A stretch of 64,000 bases of DNA from Azolla caroliniana (GCA_043228905.1 JBHGNT010000008.1:18910001-18974000), one strand, 5' to 3'. Shown: positions 1 to 12,801, numbered from the stretch's first letter. Notes: generated by a model from the sequence alone, not told the origin. Numbers and translations are program-made.

Positions 1-43
1 GAGCTCAGTCCGGTAGCACTTCGTACTCCCATTTCGTAACCTC

Positions 44-1068
44 GTCTCAGTCTTCTCTCCCCCTCTTTCATATCTCCAAGAGAGAGAGAGGAGTCGTTAT
101 GTCAGGCCGTTAAGACAACCGCTTTTAGTCCCTGATTCTCTCCTCGATCTCCTCCAGTCAATTAGCTTTATTCCTTTATCAATGTGGCCATAAAGTACCT
201 ATTAAATCACTCTTACCTAGTATTCATCAACACTCAAACTAATATTTACACATGTTTGTACACAAAGATAATTTCATGTGCATCCGTGCACACCCTTGTT
301 CACGCGCATCCGACCCTTTTTTCTTCCTATGGTTGGAATCCTTCACGACACCGGGGTAATGAATCTCGAGAAGAGGAAATGACGCCTTCTTATTGGTCCT
401 TTGAATTAGAACCCAAGGATATCATTTTGAAGCTCTACTCGCATATCGAAAACCTATATCCTCTTTATCTACTACCTCTCAAGCCAATCCATGTAACAAA
501 GTCCAGAAAACCTATTTGATTGAAATTAAACCTTTGATTTATTCTACCCTTTTGATATTCATATAAAATTAATTTCAAAAAATATATTATCTAATATTAT
601 TGTTATCGAACAAGGATTGTAACGGAATTTGTACAATGTGATTCCAATTTGGGGTGCAAAGTTATATGTGATTCGGGTGCTTAATCGACAAAAGATGAAA
701 CTAGAATTATCATCTCAGGAAACTCATGACGCAGACACGAAAATTTCACCTTAAGTGCCATGGTGGAGTTTCCGGATCTGGATTCTGAGCGTCTCAGTCT
801 TCTCTCCCCCCCTTTTATATCTCCAGGAGGAGAGAGGAGTCGTCACGTCAGGCCGTTAAGACAGTCGCTTTCAGTCCCTAATTCTCTCCTCAATCTCCTC
901 TAGTAAACCACCTTTATTCCTCTATTCGTGTGGCCATAAAGTTCCTATTAAATCAGTCCTACCTAGTATTCATTAACACTCAAACTAATATTTACACATG
1001 TTTGTACATAAAAATAGTTTCGTGTGCATTCGTGCACACCCCCGATCACGTGCATCCGGCCCCTTTTT
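44..1068. repeat. Diverged ~280-bp direct repeat (44-~325 and 791-~1068), probably retroelement-derived
   Basis: Both copies begin gtctcagtcttctctcccc and share gtcaggccgttaagaca and tgtggccataaagt..ctattaaatc; their ORFs are similar (MAIKYLLNHSYLVF / MAIKFLLNQSYLVF). Confidence 0.75.
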
Positions 1069-1849
1069 TGAGCGCTCCACACTCACACACTCAGAGGATA
1101 GTGAGCCTTCGATCGGGAGTGCACGGGCTACCAACGCAAGACAGAGGCCTCATAGCACAACGAAGGAAATAGAAAACGGAGAACATGAGTCTGCAGAGCT
1201 TAGTCGAGCAGCACCTCCTCCAAATCGTGGATCCCTAACACAGTTCAAAGCCTCCCTTTTTATGGACAAAAGCCGAATCACCAAGTGCTGCCACCGGAAT
1301 GCCTAAAGTCGTCGTTGTAGGAACCCCCAAATCAAACCAGACTCTCACACGAAGAAGAAGAGAGAGTAACACCTGAAACCCTAACTCGCACGAACTCGCA
1401 CAAGAAGAAGAACCTAAACGGAATACTAACGGCCACTCGAAAGAATGAACCAAACCCACGAGACAATAAAGAAGACTAAAATGAAACCCTAAAATGAAAT
1501 AGGATGAAAAGACCAAAGTACAAACCCTAAGGGAATAAGAATAAGATGAAGACCAAGAAAACTACCAAACCCTAGACCTAAGTGGTATACCCTTCCTAAC
1601 TCAAAATGGGCAACCCTTTTACGAGGGACACTCTCTTCCTTTTATAGAACAAGGAGAGGGATGCATAACAATGTGGGATAAATCCCTTATTACATGGGGT
1701 TCTCTGTCCCAACTTTACTCCTATTCGGCGCCATAAAGGTACCCCCATTATTCACACGTTTATACAAGGGTAAGTGCACATGATGCACTTCGCTGATACC
1801 ACTAACTTCTCTGGTTTTCTCACTATGGTCGTGAATCTTCACGACAACA

Positions 1850-2884
1850 TGCAACACATTCATGAGTTTCCCTTTCGGCCCGACGTGGCTGAGGGGAACT
1901 TCGCCAACATGTTCGATGGTATGTGGAGTGTCATCTCCCATTTCGACCACTCCTTGTTTTTCTGGCTTCTCCAAGTACGAGAACCATTCCTCATGACTTG
2001 TCATATGATTTGAAGCTTCGGAATCAACATACCACACCTCGCTAGATTTCGAGGTGTTCAGGGCCATCGAATTGGCCTTGTGCTTCATTATGAAGGCTAG
2101 ACCCGATCCATTTCCGACTCGTTCGGAGCCTTCGGCGTAGTGCGATTTCTAATGCCTTCCTACATGCATCTCTTCCTCTCGATCCGGCTTTGTCCGAATT
2201 GGTTCTCTTCTTCCAGCACTCGCTCTCCCTGTGGCCTTTCTTGCCACAATACCAACATTCCATCGCGGCCTTCTCTTGTTGGCTTCTGGCACCGCTATGA
2301 CTCCCCCTACTTCCGGAGGGTTCAGAATTGCTTTCGACATTTCGATTATGCCACACGTTATTATCCTTTCGGCCGCCTCCATTGCGTGCCAATCCGCCTT
2401 GTCCACCACGACCACGAGGCCTATCTTCCTCCGTGTACAGCATCCTGCCGTCGGCGTGCATACTCTTCGACGCACCTGCGTGATTTTCCTCCACGAGCAA
2501 CATCAACTGAAGCTCAAAGAACGAAGGCATATTCACCCTTCTGCAGACTGCCGTTCAGAATGCTCTGAACTTTGACGTTAACCCTCCAAGAAAAACCTGC
2601 ACCATTTCGTCGTCCTCGATGTTCACGTTAACGGAGGCTAGAGAGTCTCAGATCTCTTTGATTCGGGCCGTGTAATCGGCCACGGACAGATCTTTATGCT
2701 GGACATTGCTAAGCTCCTGCTTGAGCTGCAACATCCTGGCCATTGTGCTAGCGGCGAAAATCCCCTTGAGATTCACCCACGCGTCCTTTGGCATCTTAGC
2801 ATCCCGAATGTAGCTCAAGGGCTGGTCCCTCACACATGACGTGAAGCAGTAAAGAACTCTGCTTGCCGCTTGTTCCCAAGCCGA
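1850..2884 (-). mobile_element. Ty1/copia gag-protease remnant (frameshifted), same family as 54077-56186
   Basis: Zinc knuckle CWYCGKKGHRESEC and protease-like WYVDSEASNHMT. The string MKHKANSM..EEWFSYLEKPE also occurs in the ORF at 55129. Both ends are interrupted by TG-starting sequences. Confidence 0.9.
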
Positions 2885-3289
2885 TGTAAAAGAATACGTG
2901 TGTGGATGCATATGCGTAAGACACAGAGTACACGGTTCGGAAGTATGATAGTTTGGTAAAACGCAGAAATCACAGAGAAGGAGAGGGAGAGACAAAGAGA
3001 GAGAGCAAAAACAAAACTATATTCAAAAATAATTCTCTGCATGTTCTCTGTACATACTTCGTGCTCAGTGAGCACCTTTTATACAAGCCCTGACTATTGG
3101 GCTGATACAAGTACTGTCAGCACTTGACTGCTAATAAATGAGTCTTCTACACTAACTCCCAAAATTATTCCTTAGAAGGAATAACATTCTAACGGCCTCT
3201 CGGTTTACCCACCGCTACGGCCATGTTGTGTGTACGGTTTTACGCACCCAATCTACGCACCCAATGTTGACCTTGTCTCTCAACAATAG

Positions 3290-3762
3290 GTTACCCCATT
3301 TCGGACGCCACTTGGGAACTGGTTACACATTTGCAAAATGCTCCAGAGGCCATTTTCTAGCTTTTTCATCAACAGTACCCACACAAGCCGACCATTAGTC
3401 TTGGGAAGTGGCCTTAGGGGGAGGATAATGTCATAAACCTTGGAATCTACCAATGTAGGCTATAGGGATCAAACCCATGACCTCCTGGTCTCCATTGGGC
3501 AACCTTACCAACTGAGCTACATCCAACTGGACATCCTTATATAAAAGCGAACTTGATGTATTGTAGATTAAACATGTTTCCTAGCTTGCATACATACCTC
3601 CACCTTCTTGTATAAATACTCAGGTGCACCTTGATTCTAATCAAGGTGAACAACACTAGTTACAAAACCATAAGTGGAGTTCTTGTTCTCTTTCTCTTAT
3701 CTCTTTTCTCTCTCAGTATTTAGTCTTGTCTTGGTTCTGCGCTGCTATACTCGACCGTGACA
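3290..3762 (+). mobile_element. 3' end of a chromovirus (Ty3/gypsy): chromodomain tail, PPT and 334-bp 3' LTR (3429-3762)
   Basis: Translation GYPISDATWELVTHLQNAPEAI..FHQQYP matches a chromodomain C-terminus. Purine tract aggggaggataa is followed by an LTR with inverted termini tgtca...tgaca. Confidence 0.75.
3463..3525 (-). other. tRNA-like (Pol III A/B-box) module inside the LTR U3, antisense to the element
   Basis: Minus strand reads ggatgTAGCTCAGTTGGtaagg...ggaggtcatgGGTTTGATCCCtat. The T-arm has a 5-bp stem and 7-nt loop; the anticodon and acceptor arms are degenerate. Confidence 0.75.
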
Positions 3763-4150
3763 CCCACGATAATGTGTGACAAGGCATTGAGGCACAAGTG
3801 ATGAGAGTAATCGATTATGCGGACTTTGCCTTAAAGAAATTTAGGGGTTTCAATATCACACTTTCATACAATGTTGTGCCTTAATCACATCCTATTGTGC
3901 TTTCAACACATCTTCAACCAAACCCAAGCTTTGCGCAAATTTCTCTAACAATCACAATATACACTCTTGATTGCGACATTCATTAATAAGATTCGTGAAC
4001 ATTGAGAGTCACTAGTCATTTTCACATGATTACATGAAATTGTAGTATTTTTAGTCTCATAGGTCATATTTGGGCTCTGAAGACAATAATAACAATCTCA
4101 CTCTCACTCACTCACTCACTCTCTCTCTAATTCTCTTCTCACTCTCTCTC
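3763..4150 (+). mobile_element. Truncated LINE 3' end with (CTCA)n-type tail, same family as 59385-60510
   Basis: Collinear with the reverse complement of 59410-59720 (ggcacaagtgatgagagt, gagagtcacta, gtctcataggtcatatttg, ctctgaagac), followed by a short tandem tail. Confidence 0.8.
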
Positions 4151-4431
4151 TTTAACCATTATCCTCATAACTTGTATTTACATTGAGCGCTAACTAATGG
4201 AAGTAAAGTCATGTTAGTAATTACTAATATCGATCGTGTCACTGATCTATCAAGTGCTTGAGCATGCTAAAGTATCACATGTTTCTAAGAATTTATTAAT
4301 CTCGTGCTTGTAATAAAGTTGTACAAGTTTAGTGTTTGCTTTAGTAATTAATTTAACGTAAGTAGCCTAATGGTGATGGAAACTAGGCCTTGCCCATCTC
4401 ACCAATAGAAAAGTAGATGGTGGTACATCTT

Positions 4432-4558
4432 TGTTAGAGTGATGATCTATTGTAAGAATATGATAAGGATATAATATATATAAAATGAGAAAGGAGAGAG
4501 AGAAAGAAGGGTGCCAATCCACCCGATCACCCCCGAGAGAAGGGATCGAGACGGACCT
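4432..4558 (-). mobile_element. Truncated LTR fragment of the family at 18647/19011
   Basis: tgttagagtgatgatcta...gaaaggagagaga...aagggatcgagacggacc matches 18647-18760. Confidence 0.8.
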
Positions 4559-4589
4559 GGTATTGAATTCTACAAGAATATACGGTATG

Positions 4590-7500
4590 TGTGAAAGTGT
4601 TTTTAGAATTCAAGGTATTGAATTCTACAAGAATATACGGTATGGAGCGTTCACATCCGGAGGCCAAAAACACGAACAAAGGTCTTGAGGATAAGTCAAA
4701 CTAAAAGCAAGATACATGGAGAAAAGTAAAAGAAGGAAAAAGCGGGCCACCAAAACACAGTCTAACACGAACGCTTATAACTCTTTCGTTTGGAAGTCAA
4801 ATATAATATGCAAATTTGGTTTAGAAAGCTCGTGAAGTCAACTATTGTAGCTTTTTAAATCACTAAATTTGGAGCTCGGATGAGGGAGATATGACGATTA
4901 GAAAATCATTGTGTCATAGCTAAGAATAGGAGATGGAAGAGTTCTAAAAGAAGCATGGAAAAAAAATCAAGGGAAACTTATCTAGTAGAGGAGAACTTCG
5001 TATAAAGCAAGAAGAGTAAGGTGGTGGAAAGAGAGGCTATTTCATGTGATGATTTCTTCCCAATTCATGTAGTGTTGGTTGAGTTCTTATCAATAGATAT
5101 TTGTAGTTGTATCTTCTTTCTCTCTTCCTTCCATCATGATTATTCATTATCAATAGATCTTTGTGGTTTTGGATCTATATATCTTCTTTCTATCATCACC
5201 CTTTCATTTTTGGCGCTCCAGGGAGGGTCGATCCTTTCCATATCAGAGGGAAGACATGTTTTGTTTGTAGCCAATATGGCTTTTCAATTTGCTTTTGCAG
5301 GTGATGGGGTTCAAGATGCGGGAGCATTCTTGGCCGCCTTCGAACATCATGCAATATCAATAGGGAAGATGAAGGATTTTGAGAAACTTCCTCTATTGGT
5401 GGTTACTTTTTATGGACGAGCAAGGGATTGGTATGAATCCTTGCTACCAAACTAACAATTGAATTACCAACTATTGGTAAAACAATTTAAAGCTAAGTAT
5501 ATGTGATGCCGAAATGGGATGGAAGTGCGAGCGGAACTCTTTCATTTGCGAATGTCATCAACAATGGAGTATATCGATTATGAGAGGGAATTTATTGACC
5601 TCTGGACTACATGGATTCGACTACGTGGTGGAACGGAGGATGAATGGTTTAAGATGGACCGCTTCAAAGTGGGATTAAGTCCACACTTTGCATTGGAGGC
5701 AAATCTAAAGGATCCTACAACTTTCCAAGAGCTTGTCCAAACTTGTCAAGCCTATAATAGACAAATCCAAGTTCTACAAACGAGAGTGGATTCAACGGTT
5801 GCAACATTTAAATCTCCTATTCTTCAACAATCACCAATTGTGTATGGAGATAAAGTATTCCCTAATGTTTTTACGACATATCAACCTAATGTTCCGGTGA
5901 TGCAAGGAGCTACTCGACCTAAGGTGGAAGTAGGTTTCTCGGAGCAAGTAAACCAACGTATTGATGAAATTACCCGACAAATCCAAAACATGCAAGCAAA
6001 TTTTAATGTAAGTCAAACTCGAGATGCTCCAAAACCGAGGAGAGTGATTGTGTGCTACACATGTGGTGTGGAGGGACATATATCTACACGATGCCCTTCA
6101 CGAAGACAAGGTGATTGGGTTCAAGGCATTCATCAATTTCAAAGTAATCAAAACTGCACTAGTAACAACTTTCACCAACTCAACAACCATATTGAAGGGG
6201 AAAGTACTTTAGCGCAAATTCCAACAAGTCCCCCAAAGGTAAATCTACTTGATTTTGTGTATGATATAGTTGAAGATTGTGATGTTGCATGCAATAAGAC
6301 AACTATTGCATCACATAAAAATAAAGAGTTGGAAGGAGAGGCTAGTAACTCTCAACAAAAGAAGAAGTCTAAGTCCAGACTAACTTGGAGGATGGGCCTA
6401 GAAAGAAGTATCCGCAAAGAAAGATTAAAATTGATGATATCCTGATGGGGAAAGGTGTGGAACCATTTGATCTCAAGCAAAAGATATCTCTAGTGGACCT
6501 CGCATCACTTGGCCACAACTTCTTCAACTTTCTCCATCACTAAAAAAGGAGTGGGGACGTGTATCGAGTTACAACAAAGTATAAAGACATTACATGGTGT
6601 GAAGATTGTGCAAGTGGAAGATCAAAAGGATATTTGGCCCACTATTTCGGTAACCATTAAAAGTCTTTTAATTAAGTAAGCCTTAGTAGATAGTGGTATT
6701 AGAATTGATCCTACATGTAATGTCGTAGTGAGTAAGATTGGAAAACCTATCTATTAAAAGTCCTCTATCAAGGTAGACATAGTTGATGGATGTTTGGCCT
6801 CTCATTTTGGAGTTATAGAGGATGTTGTTATTGAGTGTTTTGGCATATCCATTTCAATGGATTTACATGTGATACTCCTAAAAGGGCCATCTTGTTCCTT
6901 AGTATTAGTAAGACCTTGGATGCAAGAATTACATGCAATACAGGATTGGAGTATGATAAAATTATCACCATCGAAGGGGTTTAACACCTTCTACGACTTG
7001 CATTTACAACGAGTAATCAAGTGTAGAAAGGAAAAGGAAACATCTATCGATAATGGCAAGGAAGATGAGGAAATCATAACAAGTGATGGATCTTCATGGG
7101 ATATGGAAAAGAAATTGTCCCACATGGTGTCTAAGGATGAAGGAGAAATCATTGAAGAAGGTATTATCACCATAAAGGGAAAAAAGAAGATGATTTCAAG
7201 CGATATCCAAGGAGAAGAGGATCTAAGGTTAATTTCTCTTCCTTCTAAGGTTCCAAAGTTATTAGTAATTGACTATTTACAGATAAGAGGAGAAGGCATC
7301 AAGCACCACTTCAAGTTGAAGGAAAGTGTACCAATTGCCCAAAAGCCTTGACGATTGGAGATTGTGCAAAAGGATTTCAAAAGATTGTTGCAAGTGAGTT
7401 TCATTTATCATATGGAGGATTTGAAGTGTGTCTCACCTATTGTTGTGGTTCCAAAGAAGAATGACATCGACTTCAAACCCTTGAATGACTCAACCAAACG

Positions 7501-7844
7501 GGATCAGTTTCCACTTCCTTTTCGAGATGAGATTCTAGATGAAATTGTTGTATATACAAGACAAGGTAATGTGGAGAATGTGGTGTGCCAAGAAGGAATT
7601 CATGTTGATGGAGCAAAGATCGAAGTAATTCAAAAGGTGACAACTCCAACAAGTTTCAAAATATTGAAGGTATTTGTGCAAAAAGTTCGCTCGCTTGAAA
7701 GGTTTATTCATATGTTGACATGCCTAGTTCTATTGAGAACTATGTATCACATGACCCTACTTGTGTTTGGAGAGTTGACAAAACATAATAATTGTGGTAA
7801 CCTCTTTCTTTGTGTTGACAAGGAGAAAGATGGTAATGGAGATT

Positions 7845-7884
<40 letters not shown>

Positions 7885-8676
7885 GAGTGTGGAATTTTTT
7901 TCCTACCGCTTAATAGGGGTTTTTTCTCACACAATAATTTGTTACATTTTTAGTATTTATACTCCTTCTTTGTCTATAGCCTACCATAAGGCGAAGGAGT
8001 TTTTTCCTTTTCTCTTTTTTAGGCTCACCATAAATGGTTCGCTCAACAAGCAAGGGGAGGGCTAAATGTAAAAGTGTTTTTAGAATTCAAGGTATTGAAC
8101 ACTACAAGAATATAAGGTATGGAGCATTCACATCCGAAGGGCAAGAACACGAACCAAGGTCTTGAGGATAAGTCAAACTAAAAGCAAGACACGTGGAGAA
8201 AAGTAAAAGAAGAAAACATCAGGCCATCAAAACACAGTCTAAAACGAATGCTTATAACTCTTTCGTTTAGAAACCAAATATCATGTTTAAATATAGGTTG
8301 GAAATCTTGTAAAGAGAGCTATCCATAGCTTTTTAAATCTCTAAATTTGGAGCTCAGACGATGGAGATATGAGGATTAGAAGATCAATGTGTCATAGCTA
8401 AGAATAGGAGATGGAAAACTTATAAAAAAAGCGTAAAGAAGAAAGCAAGGGAAAGTTATATAGTAGAGGAGACCTTCATATAAAGCAAGAAGAGTAAGGT
8501 GGTGGAAAGAGAGGCTCTTTCTTGTGGTGATTTCTTTCCAATTCATGTAGTGTTGTTTGAATTCTTATCAATAGATATTTGTAGTTGTATTTTCTTTCTC
8601 TCTTCCATCTTTCATGATCAATAGATCTTTGTGGTTTTGGTTCTATATATCTTCTTTCTCTCTTCTTTCTATCATC
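4590..8676 (+). mobile_element. Non-autonomous Ty3/gypsy (Tat/Athila-like) element, copy A: LTR1 4590-5198, PBS ~5211, gag-ZnK, protease, internally deleted RT, PPT, LTR2 8067-8676
   Basis: ~610-bp LTRs (tgtgaaag..atcatca); PBS tggcgctccagggaggg resembling the tRNA-Asn 3' end; CYTCGVEGHISTRC; ALVDSG; VSPIVVVPKKN..DFKPLN..FPLPFRDEILDEI; PPT aaggggagggctaaa; stops and frameshifts. Confidence 0.9.
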
Positions 8677-8690
8677 TTACTCTTCTTGGG

Positions 8691-11600
8691 TGATGATAGA
8701 AAGAAGATATATAGATCCAAAACCACAAAGATCTATTGATAATGAATAATCAGAAGATACAACTACAAATATCTATTGATAAGAACTCAACCAACACTAC
8801 ATGAATTGGGAAGAAATCATCACATGAAATAGCCTCTCTTTCCACCACCTTACTCTTCTTGCTTTATATGAAGTTTTCCTCTACTAGATAAGTTTCCCTT
8901 GCTTTCTTTTCCATGCTTTTTTTAGAACTTTTCCATCTCCTATTCTTAGCTATAACACAATGATCTTCTAATCGTCATATCACCCTCATCCGAGCTCCTA
9001 ATTTAGTGATTTAAAAAGCTACAGATAGTTGACCTCACAAGCTTTCTAACCCATATTTGCATATTATATTTGGCTTCCAAACGAAAGAGTTATAAGCGTT
9101 CGTGTTAGACTGTGTTTTGGTGGCCCGGTTTTTTCTTCTTTTACTTTTCTCCATGTGTCTTGCTTTTAGTTTGACTTATCCTCAAGACCTTTGTTCGTAT
9201 TTTTGCCCTCCGGATGCGAACACTCCATACCGTATATTCTTGTAGACTTCAATACCTTGAATTCTAAAAACACTTTCACATTTAGCCCTCCCCCTTGCTT
9301 CTTAGTGAACCATTTATGGTGAGCCCTAAGCTACTAATAAAACCAAAGATTCTCCTTCGCCTTATTCATGGCTATAGACAAAGAAGGAGAGAATAATTAA
9401 AAAAGAAACAAATTATGTGAGTAAAATCCCCCGCTAGTCCATAGGAAAAACGTCACACTTCTAAACACACACACACACATACACACATTGACAATTGCAA
9501 TCCCCATCTTTCTCCTTGTCAACACAAAGAAAGAGGTTACCACAATTATTATGTTTTCGTCAACTCTCCAAACACAAGTAGGGCCATGTGATAAATAACT
9601 CTTGATAGAAGTAAGCATGTCAACATATGAATAAACCTTTTAAGCGAGTGAACCTTTTGCCCAAACACCTTCAAAGCTTTGAAACTTGTTGAAGTTGTCA
9701 CCTTTTGATTTACTTCAATCTTTGATTCATCCATATAAATTCCTTCTTGGCATACCACATTCTCCACACTACCTTGTTTTTTATAAATGACTATTTCATC
9801 TATAATCTCATCTCGGAAAGGAAGTGAAAATTGATCTTGTTTGGTTGAATCAATCAAGGGTTTGAAGTTGATGTCTTTCTGCTTTAGAATCACAACAATC
9901 GGTGACACACACTTCAAATCCTCCATATAATAAATGAAAATCCCTTGTAACATTGCTTTAAGATCTTCCTTTTGCACAACCTCCGATTGTTGAAACATTT
10001 GGGCGATTGGTACACTCTCCTTCAACTTAATGTGGTGTTTGATGCCGTCTTCTCCTTTTATCTATGAATAGACATTTATGAGTAACTTTGGAAACTTAGA
10101 AAGATGAGAAATAAACCTTAGATACTCTTCTCCTTCGATGTCGTTTGAAATCATCTTCTCTTTTTCCTCCAAGGTGATAATACTTTTCTCTTCAATAACT
10201 TCTTCTTCCTTCGTAGACACCACGTGGAATGATTTGTTTTCCCTATCCCACGAAGATACATCAATTGTTATGATTTCCTCTTCTTGCTTGCCATTGTTGA
10301 TAGATGATTCCTTCTCCTTTATACAATTGATTAGTTGTTGTAGATACAAGTTGTAGATGTTAAACCCCTTTGATGGTGATAAGTTCATGATACTCCAATC
10401 ATGTATTAGACGTAATTCTTGCATCCAAGGTCTTGTTAATGTTAAGGAATAAGATGGACCTATAATGAGTATTACATGTAAATCCATGGAAATGGATATG
10501 CCAAAAAAATCAATAACCTTATCCTCTATAGCTCCCAAACAAAGAACCAAACCCTTGTCAACCATGTTGGAGGACTTTTGACAAATAGAATTTCCAATCT
10601 TACTTACCATGACATTGGATGAAGGACCAATTCTAATACCACTATTTACTAAGGCATCCTTAATTAAAAGACCTTTCATGGTTACCGAAATAACAGGTCG
10701 AATATCCTTTCGTTCCCGCATACTGCATTATTTTGGTACTTTGACATATGCTCACTAGTCTTCCCCATTCCTTACGTATCTTTGGATAAAGTTGAAGAAG
10801 TTGTGGCCAAGTGATCCGGGGTCCATTAGTAATCAACTCTTGCTTGAGGTCGAAAGGCTTCACTCCTTTCCCCATAGGCATGTCCTCCATAGTGATCTTT
10901 TTCTTTGAACGACGTCTTTTTGAAGGATTCCCCATCTTAGACTTCTTAGCTTTTTTCTTTATTTGAGGGTTACTTGACTCACCTTCCACCTCTTTGCCCT
11001 TGTGGGTTGCTCGAGCTCTCTCGATTGGAACAACATCAAAATCATTGTCAATATCATACATAAAATCAAGAAGAACAACATCACAATCATTGTCAGTATC
11101 ATACATAAAATCATTGTCAGTATCCTTGTTGGAACTTGAGTCATTGGCAATGGTCCTCCATCACTAGAAACTTGATTATTGTTATTTGCATGGTTGTTAA
11201 GGGAATTTGAACCTCCTTGAACTTGATAGATACCTCGTCTGAAACCTCCTTGTCATCTCGAAGGACACCGCGTAGCAGTATGGCCTTCAACACCACAAGA
11301 ATAACAAACTGGGACTCTTCTTTCTTGTGACACCTCTCGAACTTGGTTGGTGTTGAAACTTGCTTGGATTTGGCGGAATTGATTCGTTAGCTCATCAAGG
11401 CGTCGATTTAACTGCTCGAGGAAACTTCCATAAGTTCTTGGATGATCTAATCTCGGATCATTGCTATACTAGCTTGGTTAGTTATATTAGAATTAAATAT
11501 GTTCAGAAAAACCTGTCCTCCATGTACAATAGAGGATGGATGTGGAGCATTTAGAATCAGCACCAAATTCGCACTAGCTATTGTCGTGGTTGTGTCGACT

Positions 11601-12801
11601 CCCATCCACATCACTTTTAGTTGTCTATCGTAAATTTGACATACTTGTAGAAGAGTTTGAAAATTGGTTGGGTCCTTCAAATTCGCCTCCATTGCAAAGT
11701 AAGGATTCAAGCCCGCCTTGACACGATCCATCTTTATTCACTCGTCCTCTACGCCTCCTCATAGATGGATCCATGTTGACCAAAGCTCTTTGAATACCCT
11801 CTCGTACTCAGAATAATCCATCGTTGCTGACATACGCAACGCAAAGAGTTCCTCTCGCACGTCCATCACATTACGACGTCGGATGAACATGCTTCGAAAT
11901 TGTTGAACGAGCATTTGGTAGTTACTTTGTTGGTTGGGAGATAGGGACTCATACCACTCTCAGGCCCTTGAGTAGAAAGTTGCCACCAACAAGGGAAGTT
12001 TCTCTATGTCATTCACCTTCCCAATTGAAACCACATGATGCTTGAAGGATGCCAAAAAAGCTCCTGCATCCTGAACACCATCACCTGCAAAGGCAAATTG
12101 AAAAGCCATATCCATATAATACTATGAACACAATCAGTCTTCCCAAGATGCGAAAAAGATTGAACCTCCCTAGAGCGCCAAAATCAAAGGATGATGATAG
12201 AAAGAAAAGATAAAGAAGATATATAAATCTAAAACTACAGAGATCTATTGATCATGAAAGAAGGAAGAGAGAAAGAAGATACAACTACAAATATCTATTG
12301 ATAAGAATTCAAACAACACTACATGAATTGGAAAGAAATCACCACAAGAAAGAGCCTCTCTTTCCACCACCTTACTCTTCTTGCTTTATATGAAGGTCTC
12401 CTCTACTATATAACTTTCCCTTGCTTTCTTCTTTTCGCTTTTTTATTAGTTTTCCATCTCCTATTCTTAACTATGACACATCGGTCTTCTAATCCTCATA
12501 TCGCCCTCGTCCGAGCTCCAAATTTAGAGATTTAAAAAGCTATGGATAGCTCTCTTTACAAGCTTTCCAACCTATATTTGAACATGATATTTGGTTTCTA
12601 AATGAAATAGTTATAAGCGTTCGTTTCAGACTGTGTTTTGATGGCCCGCTTTTTTCTTCTTTTACTTTTCTCCACTTGTCTTGCTTTTAGTTTGACTTAT
12701 CCTCAAGACCTTGGTTCATGTTCTTGCCCTCCGGATGTGAATGCTCTATACCTTATATTCTTGTAGTGTTCAATACCTTGATTTCTAAAAACACTTTCAC
12801 A
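8691..12801 (-). mobile_element. Same family, copy B, inverted (tail-to-tail): LTR4 12192-12801, PBS ~12165-12180, LTR3 8691-9280
   Basis: Reverse-complement LTRs, PBS tggcgctctagggagg and PPT at 9281-9297. ORFs 9549-10025, 10062-10721 and 11447-11731 are paralogous to those of copy A. Confidence 0.9.

Noticed and set aside
3463-3525. Functional tRNA genes at the tRNA-like modules
   Set aside because: There is no pairable anticodon arm or 7-bp acceptor stem, so they are treated as tRNA-derived promoter-like sequences.
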